A stretch of DNA of 58,367 bases, filler included, from Thelocarpon superellum (lineage: Eukaryota): NCBI GenBank assembly GCA_026025795.1. It is 5 parts of 5 records of this genome, joined end to end, with 100 filler letters (N's around TTAATTAATTAA, not from the genome) between each part and the next. Parts side by side here need not be neighbours in the genome. Positions count along the whole stretch, not along the records: positions 11,781 to 23,456 come from JAPEUG010000497.1; positions 23,557 to 35,185 come from JAPEUG010000498.1; 3 more parts are not named here. The stretch is one strand, 5' to 3'. Every line of letters starts with the position of its first letter. The first letter of the stretch is position 1. Below, one piece after another: positions 12,126 to 24,088 of this stretch. A program made the position numbers and the translations under genes. Under the pieces are notes generated by a model, which was given only the letters and a program-made list of their open reading frames with translations, searched no databases and was not told the DNA's origin.

Positions 12126-13580
12126 ATGGCGAATCTTACTCCTTCCATGACCGATCTCGCGGCAGAGATTTCGAAGAACGCGACGCTGATCACCGAGTAC
12201 CTCGCTGCGAACAAGCTCCCAGCTCCGTCCTTTGCTGCCGATGGGCCGGTGGACTTTCCTCTGCCTAGCAGTGATGGATCCTTGCAAGCTGCTCGCATCG
12301 CGCTCCTGAGTGCCACCAAAACGCTGTATGCACTCACTCAGGGACCGACGGACACGATCACGAATCTGCCGACCCAGGTAGGTTATTCTGACCATTTTCG
12401 GAAGACCACGCCCTGACGGAGTTCTGGCGATAGGAGAAGCTCATCCAAGCTGCTCTCGCCGTGGTGTCCCACTATCGTCTTGCGGAGTATGTCCCGGCCT
12501 CAGGATCTATCTCTTTCTTGGCCGTGGCTACTGCGGCCAAGATGGATCTCGACCGCGTGACACGCATCCTTCGTCTGTTGATGACGGAGTGGGTCTTCAC
12601 GGAGCCGCGCGAGTCCTACGTGGCGCATACGGCGACGTCTAAGCTCCTCCTCCATCCGCTCGCGTCGGCCTGGGTCGGACATAACATGAGCGACATTCTC
12701 CCAGCGGTGCCGAAGATGATTGAGACCTTTGACAAGTACAAGACATCAATTGCGCCCGAGGAATCTCCTGTTGCCGTTGCTTTTGGCCAATCCTTCTTCG
12801 ACCTCATCAAGCAGGATTACGTCGTGGCTACACGCGTCGGAGATAGCATGGCCTGGCTTGCGGCCGGCGCGGCCTACGATGCCTCCCACACCGTCGCTGC
12901 CTTTGATTGGGAAAAGCTAGGCGACGGCACGGTGGTGGACGTGAGTCTAACCGCCTTTCCCTTTCCGTGATTCTCACCAAGTCGCGTCAGGTTGGGGGGT
13001 CCCACGGCTTCATTAGCATCGCCATCGCCAAGCAGTATCCGCGCCTGAAGTTCATCGTGCAGGACCAAGCCTACGCCAAAGAGGGTGCCAACGCCACGAT
13101 CCCCAAGGAACTCAAGTTGCGCGTATCCTTTATGACGCATGATTTCTTCGACATCCAGCCCGTCCAAGACGCGACGGCCTATCTCTTCCGCCAAGTGCTG
13201 CATAACTGGAGCCATCCGTACGCGCTGGAGATCATCCGTGCCATTGTTCCGGCCCTGAAGAACGGCGATCGTCTTCTCATCTGTGACAACGTCGCCTCAC
13301 GTCCTAACACGGAGCCGGCGTACGTGGAGAAGGTGCAGCGGTGCGTGATCTCTCCACCTCTCTCCTCTCCCTTCCACCGACTAACGCATGACCGTCTGAG
13401 GTAAACAGCGGAGTGGACATGCAGATGATGCTAGCCGTGAATGCAGGCGAACGCACGTTGTCACAATGGCAGGAGCTGATCGAGCTCGCCGACGCGCGTT
13501 TCCGCTTCGCTGGCGTCGTGAAGCCGGCCGGTAGCAAGCTGTCGCTCTTGGAGGCCGTCTTTGTCTCTGTTGCCAATTAG
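12126..13580 (+). CDS. SAM-dependent O-methyltransferase (fungal secondary-metabolism, Methyltransf_2 type)
   Basis: Exons 12126-12377, 12434-12940, 12991-13340, 13409-13580. SAM motif VVD|VGGSHG split by an intron, FIVQD, THDFF, YLFRQVLHNWS, DMQMM..NAGERT..QW. Confidence 0.93.
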
Positions 13581-14321
13581 GCCTGTTTCTCCTACCGTCC
13601 ATCCCATCTCATGTCCGCACTGCTCTGTGAATCTCACGCACTCGCTTGCTCGCTCTCGCGCACACATGAGCTTGATTAGTCTGTGCGCGTATGGAGGTAC
13701 GGTGGAGGTGGAGGTACGGTGGAGGTGGAGGTGGAATAAGAGGCGATTCGCAATGCGCAGGAAAGGGATGCACAGTGTAGTGCAACGTAATACGGTGTGG
13801 ACACCCAAGGCTACTATACTCTCGTCTTGGTTAGACAGGCATGAGGAACGCATTCCTACTCAAGTATGAACCATCTTTTCTCATCTGTTGATGCCGTGAG
13901 ACGCAGCGGCTATGACTCAGACATACAAATCTACATGTATCCACCTAGCCTTCTCATCATTTCAGTACCCATGAAGAGTCGTCATTCATTTTTATTCTCA
14001 TTATGCTTATTGGGGATATCCATGTCTGTCTATGTAATCCGGATATCTTCCAGTCTACCCACTTAGTTGACAGGCACCCAGCCCTCGATCACGATCGTCA
14101 TTGTCATCGTCGTAGTACAGGACACCCTGACAGCTTCCCTTTTCCCAATCATGGTATGAACCACCATCTCTTCCCTTCCCATCCCATCCTGTCCCATCCT
14201 GTCCCATCCAAACAACAGACAAACACAGGAAACCTCCCCTCACCGCGGAAAGAAGCCCCCGCCTGATAGTATTGTACATGTGCACGAGCCCAGGAATATG
14301 AGATCAAGTAGAGCACACCAA

Positions 14322-17260
14322 TCACAGGTTCAGATCCAGAGAAGGATTGGCATAATTCGTGTGGAAGAAATCCAGCACGGTCTCGTCCAGTTCCGCCGTG
14401 TTGAATGGAAAGGGCGCTTCGTAGTTTGTCTGTCCCAGCCCACTCCCTGCGCTCATTGGCATCGCCATCGCCATCGGCATTGGCATTGCCGCTGATGGTG
14501 ATAACTCGTTCGCTGGATGTGGCGCCGGCTTGTGGGTCGTAGCGGCGGGAGTGAGGAGACATTGTGGATGAGATTGAGGTTGAGTTTGAGCGGGTGCGTG
14601 AGGAGTGTGCGCGCTGGAAGGCGTGCTGCTATTCGTGGTCGAGTCGGTGTTACTACCTGTGCTGGCGTTGGGTAAGCTCCAATGCGATGTCGTTCCCTGC
14701 TGCTCCTGATGTTGATGTTGCGCGGCCATGGTCCCGGGGCTGGGAAAGATCTCGTTGGGAGAAAATGGCACGTCAAAGGCCTGCTGGATGGTCAGCAACG
14801 ATGCTCACACCCAGTAGAACGAGCTTACCATATTGGCAGGGGATGCAGTGGAAAATGACGTTGGTTGACAATCCGCCATGCCTCCCGTCATCCCCGACGA
14901 TTGATCCTCCCATCCGAGATTCTCGATGAGCATCGAACAGCCTTGGAACCCGCGATCGATCATTCGACTCGCCATCTCGAACATGATGCAACACACTTGC
15001 AATACGGCGGTGAGTGAGTCGATCTTCGAGTCAATCGGCTGCATTTTTTCCACCATGTGCACAATCTCCCTCAATAACCCCAGATCCGCCTTGGCCGTCA
15101 AGGCGTGCGGACATCGGATGATATTCGCGGAGAGCGTCGAAAAAGCCGCCGCCGCGACGTGTAACGTGTGCCTACATTCCACCATCAGTCTCACTCGTCA
15201 TCTCGCGCACGTCTTCCCGTGCTCACCAGTTGATGCCATTGCCTCCAGGGCGCGTCGGGATGACCTTGAGCACGTGCACGACAGATCGCGCCGAGGAGAG
15301 ACAGGCGTCCATGGACGCGCGGATCTGCGCTGGTCCCGCTCCCGCGATCCACTCATTCTCCAGGGCTTGTGCCAGGAGCGGATCGTGATATGCGCACGCC
15401 ACGGCGTAGTGATGGACATGCATGACGGTGTAGAAATAGCAGATGTGAAGGATGGTCATGTGCATCTCGCTCGAATGTGTCATGGGCGCGACGCCGTAGA
15501 TGGGCGCGGGAGGCCGCCACGGCGAGGGTATACTCCATCGCCATTGCTCCAGTTCCTGGCCGAGTTCGCCGACGCGCTTCAGCGTCGCCTCGACCGGTTC
15601 TTTTACTCCCGGTTGGGCGAGATAGGGCTCCATGACTCTCCGGGCTCGTCCTTGAATGATGGCCAGCTGGGTACGCACGGAGAAGAGATGGCGCGTCAAG
15701 GCCGCAGCTTGGTCGTCCTGCAAAGACGCTTCCAGCGGGTCGCCTGCCTCCACCTCCAATTCACGGTATACTAGCTTGAGAGCCAATTCCACGTCGTCTG
15801 GAAAAGGAGGACAGTCCGGCTGATGAAAGGATCTTTGCTTGCGGTCAGTCCTTGATTCACGAGGGTGGCGACGCCGGTGCACCTACTCTTGATGGAGGGA
15901 AAAGGCCAAGACGTAGACCAAGCGCACTTGCCGTCGTTGTGGGTCTTCTGGAGTCCGCGCGTCCTCTGCCGCGTCGTGCACGCCTAGCTGATACAAATGG
16001 CTGACGGCGGCGCCAATCAATGCATATCCCGGCGGCGGGTGTGCCGTGGCGCGCAGAAGGATGGCCATGCCCAACAAGGCTTGCGCCGTCAACAGCGTCG
16101 GCGGCTGCAGCATAATCTCCGGCAGTAAGCTACGCATGTTCTCCATGGACGCCTCGACCTTTTCTTGCCCCACGTGCAAGGGAAAGGGCGGGTGCTTATC
16201 CGTCTTCACGTGTGCCACGGCGAACAGTCGATAGCCAAAGGCCAGCACGATGTTCAAGCAGCCAATCCAGGCGGCGCTGGCCGGCCGCTGGTTGACGATG
16301 TGCTGATGGAACATTTGCATGAAGGTCGGCTCATGAAACAGCTTCGAAAAGGTGTTGAAATGTAGGAAGTAGGCGGCGATGACCATCCGCATCTCCTCCT
16401 CGGGGGGAAACGGAGTCAAGGGACGGCGCGAGGAAGGCGAAAGGACCTCCGTACTTGCCTCGGCCGCCACCTGGAAGGCGCTGACGGTTTCCACGATGGA
16501 TTGGACCTTGGGGTCCTGGGTCTTGGCGGCCATCCACTGCACCCCGGATGCCGACCACAGAGACGTCACCGGCGTGCCATCGAACAGCATGCAGGGGACG
16601 CCGCGGGGGAGGAAGAGATCGTTGAGCGGCTGGGTCAGTCGATTGGGCCGCAACGGAGGTAAGTGGCGCTGGGTCGGCGTCTGCACATGGGCCAGCGAGA
16701 GCTCCGTCACCGTCGACGGGGCGGTCGAGGGGGGCGAGATGGGCACCTTGGCCGACTCGGATCTCTGGGGGGGTGATCGAGGGGAGAGAGGGACGGCGGC
16801 TGCATTGGGTGGGGCCGATGCAATCTCCTGATGCGGGCTGCGGCGTTGTCCCATGCCACTACCATCTCGTCCCACCTTGGGACGTGCGATGGGAGCATCA
16901 TCTGCGACGGGCGCACTGATGGTCTCCTCGAGACGTTTCACGCGGTCCTCGATCACACGGAGATGCTTGCTGATCCACGACTCAGCATATGGGACGATGG
17001 TCCGAGGGCCATGACCTGGACCGACTCACCCCAGCAGCACTTTCCGCTTCCTCATCGGGCGCTCTTCTCGCTCGCATGTTGTCTTGGATCGGACACATTG
17101 CGTACAGCTCGGCAGTTGCATGTCACACTTGATCTTCTTCTTGTGACACGAGATACACGCCCGCTATCTCCGCTTAGCACGGTCCGCTGATGTGATTGCT
17201 CCTGGCAGGAGATCGGGGCCGTGTCACCTTGGACTTGACATCCTTGGACGGGTCAGCCAT
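14322..17260 (-). CDS. Zn(II)2Cys6 fungal transcription factor with fungal-specific middle homology region (multi-exon)
   Basis: After a short first exon (MADPSKDVKSK) and an intron comes RACISCHKKKIKCDMQLPSCTQCVRSKTTC (~17075-17163). Later exons carry YFLHFNTFSKLFHEPTF, LLTAQALLGMAILL and SFHQPDCPPFPDD. Internal exon bounds are approximate. Confidence 0.9.
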
Positions 17261-18363
17261 GACGGGTAGGGGACGAGGAACAATAGGCCCGGGCGAGGAT
17301 GAAGGGTCTGAGGGACGGTCCAGTCGATGGGAGACCGTCATCGAGAAGCCGGGGATATGGCATTGCTCGGATTACGACGACCATGGACGAAACGGAACGA
17401 GTGTTGGCAGGTCATCTGGAGCGGATCAGGTGGAAATAGAGATAGCTGTGCACGTACCCATCGCCAAGTCTCGTGGCTTACCCATCACCGCCCAGTTGCA
17501 CTCTACACGATGCCGTCACTTTCTCACCGTTACGTCGGAGACATTGGCGCGGATCTGGCTGTGGACGCGCACCCCGGGCGTAGTTTCGCCCTAGTCCTCC
17601 CAGACGGAACCCCACCCCGCCGACGGAGGGCCCGGAGCGCCGTTGCTCCGTCTGCCGCACCTGCTCGTAGGCAGCTAACTGGCGTAATCGTACGGGCCAC
17701 GCCCAGGCCACGGCGGGGCACGCCAGGCTACGCCACGGGGATTCGGATCCGGAGTGTGGACGACGTCTGGGTCATGGCAATCTTGGTCAATCTGGTACCG
17801 CCGTAGGCTCGCGGGCTTCTGCAATAATTCCCAACAGCGTGCACGATTCGGCGTCCGGCCCTTCGAGAGCGCCGAACTTTAGGGGGCTCTGCACGCCGGA
17901 CCAGGGTCTGCTTCGTCCGCGCTTACCCAAAACGTCGCCATTTCGCGAACCACCCCGACCCTGACCTCGCCGCGAGCGACGCCTCTCGTGAAGAGCATGA
18001 ATACCCCAATGAAACCGAGTCAGCCGTGCAGCCACGTCCCAATATGGGTCCTAAATCCCTTCGTCCTCGAAGGCCGATCCGTCCATTGGTACTCAAATCA
18101 CCAGAGCGATATAACGACCGCGCGGAAGGACCACGGACCATGGACTCCAGTAGATACGGGCTCACCTAGAATATGTCCGAAGGAAAGTGATAAAATGGTC
18201 GCCGGCCATACAGGGTCACGACTCGCTTTATGGGCTCCCGAGGCCTCCATGTCCCCTCCACCCCTGGAAAGGTGGATCTCTCCTCCCAATGCCAAACCAA
18301 CTTCTACCATACCGGGCCGGACTGTGTCACCCTCCTTGCCGCGGCGCTGACCGGTCCGGCTCG

Positions 18364-21300
18364 TTACTCAAAGCTCATCGTCACCTCCTTTTCTTGACCA
18401 AATTCCTCCTCGTCGAGCCAGGCATTATGATCTAGATCGGTGACGGGAGCCGCTGCCGTCACCGACCTCCGTGGCTCAGGCCGATTTGCGGGGATCGGCG
18501 AGATCGGCGTAGGTCGTGGTTCCGAGGGCTCTTCCAGTCGCGGGCTGTACGCGGTGCTGGTGCGTGGGCTGCTCTCCACCGCGGGTAATGGCTTTTCGAC
18601 GACCGCCGTTGTCGCAGAGCCGCCATTGACCAGCGAGGGTGATGAGGATACGCCGTCGTGCGTAGGCGCGCGTATCGTCGGCTCGCTTTCGTAACTCCGG
18701 CTCGACGAGAGGCCCCCGTACGGGCCCGTCGACACCGTCGGCGCAGGAGGGGCACCGAGGTCCAGTCTCATGGGCGGCAGCGTGGATTCCAGCTGCTTCA
18801 CCTGGATCTGCTCACTCGCCAGCTCGGCACGGATGGCATCAACGTCGAAGAGGGCGCCGCTGTTGCGCGGCTCAAGCTCCCGCTCCCGCTCCCGCTCCCG
18901 CTCCGCCCCTCCGTCAGCCGCGTCGGCCCGGCTCTCGTCATACGTCTCCCATTCTTTTTTCTCCGGCGCCTTCTTGCCGCGGCCGAAGAAGCCGAACATC
19001 GACTTCTTGGCCTTCTTGGGATCCTTGCTCGCCTCGTCCAGCTCCTTGCGCGCCTCGTCGATCTCGGCGATGATCTCCCGATGCCGTCCCTGATGGTTGT
19101 CCGGGTCCTGCACCCTCGTCAGCGCCGGTCCAGTACGATGCGCACCGCGGCACGCCATCACGCACCGGATCCTCAATCTCTGCAAACGTGTCGTTATCCA
19201 CCATCCATCCGGCTTCTCGCAGCAGGCGCGGCATGGCCGCCCGATAGCTCATGTGACCCGGCACGAATTCCGTCACGTCAATGTTCTCGAGCCCGGGGAT
19301 GTTCTCCACCGGCGCTAGCCCGGCAATGCGCATGATGCCGCCACTCGTGGCCCGGAACAGATATCCTGTCGCTCGCGTCAGCGATGCGTGCGAGAGCCGA
19401 GGGGGAATCGGCCGCCGTGGAGGAGGCTCACCCAGGATCCAGTCATTCTTCGCGTAGCCATTGACGAACCGGCCCGACACGACGGTGCGCGCGCGCAGGT
19501 ACTCGTCTCGCTTGGCCACGATGGGCGAGCCAAAGAGATAGACGTTCTGGACGAGGCCGATGGCGCCCCGGCTCGCGAGCTCCCGAAGGCACGAGTGGAT
19601 GACGCGGGCGCCGAGCGAGAAGCCCACCAGCGTCACCGGCCGCACGCCTAGGTTCCGGTCGATGAGCGAATCGGCCAAGATCTGGCCGGCCGACGTGGCG
19701 CGGTCGAGCGAGACGGTCCAGGGGTTGTCGATGAGGTAGGAGAGCTTGGTGAGCACGATGGGGAGCTGGAGCGAGGCCATGAGGGCCACGAGCACGGTAC
19801 TGCCGAGCACTTGCTGCAAGCCCTGCGTGAGCGCCTGATCCTCGCGTTAGCTCGACCGCCCTGCTCGCGTGCTCGGCCTGCTTACCTCGGTGGCCAAGAT
19901 GTTGATGGTCTGCCCCATGCTCTGCAACATCTCGGGCTCCCACAGCAGGGAGTAGATGTCCCCCATGATCGGGTCGACGGTGCTGTACGGCAATCGCACG
20001 TCGTCGATGTCGCCCGTCATCCAGCCCGACACGGTCACGATCAGGTTGACGCGCTTGTTGTTGTGCAGCGGCCGATACTCGAACGTCTTGACCGAGCCCA
20101 TGCGTCGCGACGTCGACTTGACCGCGATGACGCCGCCGGTCGTGACGCCGATGGTGGTGATGACGGCCGCGCCGCCGGCCCCGGCCAAGAAGCCACTCGT
20201 CCCCGCCACGCCAATGGTCGTGAAGCCAGCCGCCAGCCCCGCGCCGATGACGGGGGCCAGCAAGCCGGCCGAGAGGCCGATGACCAGGCTCCCGCCCACC
20301 GTGGCGATGCCCATCATCATCACGCGTCGCTTGGCGGCCATCTTCCGTCGCGTCTCCAGGTGCTCGTCTTCGTTCCACTTCTCCTTGTTGTCGGCCTCTT
20401 GCATCTCCAGCGCATCCGTCACGCGCTTCTCGAACTTGCAGATCTCCAGCCAGGGCACGTCCATGAAGGCGCCCACTTTCTCGAGCAGGACGCGTGAGCG
20501 GGCGTCGTAGATGGAGTCGGCGATCAAGACGAGGAAGAGATCGCAGAGCACCGTCCACCGGAGGTCAATGTCGATGTTCTTGGTCGTGGGCAGCTGCGAG
20601 GGGGTGCGGACGGCGGGTAATTCGTCGTCTTGGTGCGCTTCGTAGGGCGGGGGCGCCGGACTCGCCCTCTCGTCCTCCGGTCGCGGCGAGGGTAGGGGTG
20701 ACGGGCGCGGCGAGGGTGCGGCCGCGTCCGGCGCGGCGGATGACGCCGCGGGCGGATCGAGCGCGGCCATGGGGTTCCTGACGCGCGCGTTGTGCATCAA
20801 CGTCGGGGTCAGATCGCCCGGCTGCACGCCATGCTCCGCCAGCTGCTCGATCATGATCTGCTCGGCGCTGCTGATCTCCATGTGGGCGTAGAGACGGACG
20901 ATCATCTTCTGGCTCCACATCTTCATCGCCTCGGCCGCCGTCTGCAGCTCTTTCCTGGTGGCCTTGGTGGGCTCGATCTCTTCGAGATCCTTGACCATGC
21001 CGTACATGGCGACCCGCGTGACGCCCACGTAGGCAATCCGCTGTTGCTCCGTGAGCAGGTCCTTGGTCGCCTGCAGCTGGGCCAGCGGGTCCCGGACCTC
21101 GTCCGCGTCGTCCGGTTCCGCCGCATCGGCCTCCTTGAACAAGTATCGAGTATTCTCGTCGAGGCTGGTGGCGGACTGGGCGTCTTCGTCCATGTTGACG
21201 CGCGTATATCCCTTCCGGCCACCAAGCGGCGAGAAGACCGCGGCTTCTTCGTCCGAGGCTTCAGCGGCCTCGCGGGCGATCAGCTTGCCATCATCATTGT

Positions 21301-22012
21301 ACATGTTGAAGGGGGCGAAGGCGGGCATCTCCTGCCATTGCTCCTCGGCCTCGGGTTCCTCGGCCTCGTCCTTCTGGGCGACGACCCGCTGGTGCGACCA
21401 CTCGGATGTGCCATGGAGCGGCATGGGGGCATCGAGGGTCTTGGGGAAGACCAATTGCTCGGCCTTGGAGCGCGAGTCGGTATGCTGATGCCCCCGCGAT
21501 CCACCACCCTCGGTCGGACCCCTGGTGGTCGTCTCGTCGACCGGGGTGCGTGGCTCTGGTTCTCGTCCACGGCTCCGTGGCGGCGGCAGGTCGGATGCTC
21601 CATCTTTGCCGAGGTCTCGGCCCAGCCCTTTGGCCCCTGGCACATCGGCGGTCTCGTCGTGTGCATGGCCCTCCAGCTCTGGCTCGGGCTTCCGCTCGGG
21701 GGTGGGGTCAGGCTCGAGGTCGTTTTGCTTCGGGTTGGAAGGCTCCACGTGGGTTACAATCGTAGGCTGCTGCTGCACTGGTGTCTCCTGTCGGATGGCC
21801 GTCTCCTCGACGGCGGAGTCATATTCTCCGTCGGAACTCTCGTCTTTGGCGTGATGCTCCTGGGGGAGTCGAGGGGCCAGGCCAAACTCGTCGACTTTGG
21901 GGCCATCGTGGGCATCGTTTTGGGACGTGGCGGGCACCCATTCTGGCGTCACCGTCGCGACGGGCGGCTTGTCCTGTTCCGGGGACAATGCGGCCTCGCC
22001 CGTCTGATGCAT
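18364..22012 (-). CDS. DUF726 alpha/beta-hydrolase-like membrane protein (Mil1/YFL034W/TMCO4 family), multi-exon
   Basis: IDIDLRWTVLCDLFL, YDARSR, a Gly/Ala-rich TM segment, LWEPEML, IDNPW, RPVTLVGFSLGARVI (GxSxG) and GHMSYR. Introns near 19820-19885, 19365-19432 and 19110-19170. Confidence 0.9.
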
Positions 22013-22564
22013 CCTCGGACGTGGCGACGCAGACAAAGATTGAAAGGCAGCTTCGGCGGATTGCCGCTCGGCGCTCTCTAGAAGCTCTCTCTCGCGTCGG
22101 AGGCCGTCATCCGCTGACAGCGATCTGACAGCGATCCTCTAGCAGACACGCGCACGGACGAGGCAGGCTCGACCTGGCTCGGCCAGCCTCATGGTGTGGA
22201 TCGCTCGCCAGCGATTGCCAAGGGTGCCTGACGGTTGTCGCTCGCACCTCTCCACCTGTATGAGTGCCAGGACGCCTTCGTCAATGGATGCTGCCCCATC
22301 ATCATGGGCCAATCAGGCCTGCTGGTGCTTGGGGGGTGTAAGCATGGGGCTTTGGCTTGCACCAGAGTCGCTTGCCCGTCTCCGGTTAGCGAGTCGCGGC
22401 AGCGTGTGTCAAGAGGTTGGTCACGCAAGCAACGGATATGATACGAAGCACTGGTTCTGACACCATCCAAGGACGATGTGTTTGTCGACCCGGCCGTCCA
22501 TGATGGTATCACCGCGGTCTGATGCTCTTTGCCATGGTCGACTACGCCGCCGATGCATGGCCTG

Positions 22565-23456
22565 CTACGCTTCCATTGCGATTCGACTATCTTCTGTGAC
22601 TGAGTCTCGCCCCACTCCCCCTCCTGCGTGAGATTTATGTTTGCGTTTCCGCTTCTTCGCGACCGCTGGCTCGGGAGCGTGTTGCACTCCATCTGAGCGC
22701 ACGGCCATCGCTCGGGTGCGCTCGTCATCCTCACCAGCATCGTCGCTTCGTCCCGCCGGGGACTTCTTGGCCTTTTTGACGCTGAGCGGATTGGGACCCT
22801 TGGGGCCCCGGCGCTTGCTCTTCTTGACGACCTCGGCCTTATCCTCATGCTCCTCGCCGGTGCCTGGCTGGTCCATGTGGCCATCGTCACCCTCCCGCTT
22901 CCTCTTCAAGGACGGGATCGACAATCGCTTTCCCACTAGCCCCGCGCGAAACTTGCTCCGCTCCTCCTTTGCTCGTATCTGGCTGGTGAGGCTCGTCATG
23001 GGCTCCAAGATCATGACGCTGCGGTTGATGTAGATGAGCGGCACGCCCGGGATCGTCCGCAGCACGGCACGGACGTCAGGTCCTTGGCATGCGACCACGT
23101 AGCGGTGCTTGTTCGTCCGACTCCCTTTCGAGTCCACGACGCTCTGGAGGCACTCCAGGGTGCTCAGTGGCTGGTCCAAGGTATGATGGTTGCACCGACG
23201 CCGCTCGTATCTCTTGGCTTGTTCGATGAGCTCGGGGACTCGGGGCTCGGCGTTGTAGAGGTGCCGTATGGAGCATTGTGTGATCACTGGCATCCACCTG
23301 GTCAGTGGCACCCTTACCCCGCTTGGCTCGGACGGGGGAGGTGCGGGCATACTCGGTTTGACCTTGCCATGCAAGGCGCGCTCCAACCCTCCGATCAGAT
23401 CCATCTTGAAGCGCGACGCATCTTGCACAATCTCGGCATCCACTGCGCCCACGCCT
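22565..23456 (-). CDS. UTP23: rRNA-processing PIN-domain protein Utp23 (5' end missing at contig end)
   Basis: ITQCSIRHLY, ERRRCNHH, NKHRYVVACQ, LRTIPGVPLIYINRSVMILEP and C-terminal KGPNPLSVKK motif. Confidence 0.92.
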
Positions 23457-23556
23457 NNNNNNNNNNNNNNNNNNNNNNNNNNNNNNNNNNNNNNNNNNNN
23501 TTAATTAATTAANNNNNNNNNNNNNNNNNNNNNNNNNNNNNNNNNNNNNNNNNNNN
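23457..23556. other. Artificial contig-joining spacer
   Basis: N44-TTAATTAATTAA-N44. Confidence 0.99.
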
Positions 23557-23822
23557 CCCCCCCCCCCCCCCTTTCCCCCTCTCGAATTGTCGCCTTTCCT
23601 CCCTCCCTCCCTCCATTCATTCCTTCCCTGGTGTAGTATCGGTCTCGTTCGCCTTCCCATTCTGCTTCTCATCTATTTCGTGCCACTCTGCTCCACCCGA
23701 ATCAAATCAGATCGGGTCAGATCAGATCATGTGAAACCAAACCAAAGCAAACCAAATCATATCATGTCAAGTCAAGTCGTGTCACTTGGAGAAAGGGCAG
23801 ATGGGCAGAAAGTGGCATGGAA

Positions 23823-23935
<113 letters not shown>

Positions 23936-24088
23936 CGCAATGAGTGATACGGCAGGATGAAAAGAATCAAACAACACCCGAGTCCCTTTCTCTAAGCTTG
24001 AATGAAGGTCTGTATGCCCAACGTGACAGAGACAGAGATGGAGAGAGAAAGAGAGGGAATATGTGGGCGAGTGAGCGAGTGAGAGAAA

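Noticed and set aside
7057..17260. Apparent biosynthetic cluster of acyltransferase, O-methyltransferase and Zn2Cys6 TF
   Set aside because: It spans an artificial spacer between size-sorted contigs, so the acyltransferase is not shown to be linked to the OMT/TF pair.
20792..22081. 429-aa plus-strand ORF
   Set aside because: Antisense shadow of the DUF726 gene caused by high GC3 codon bias.
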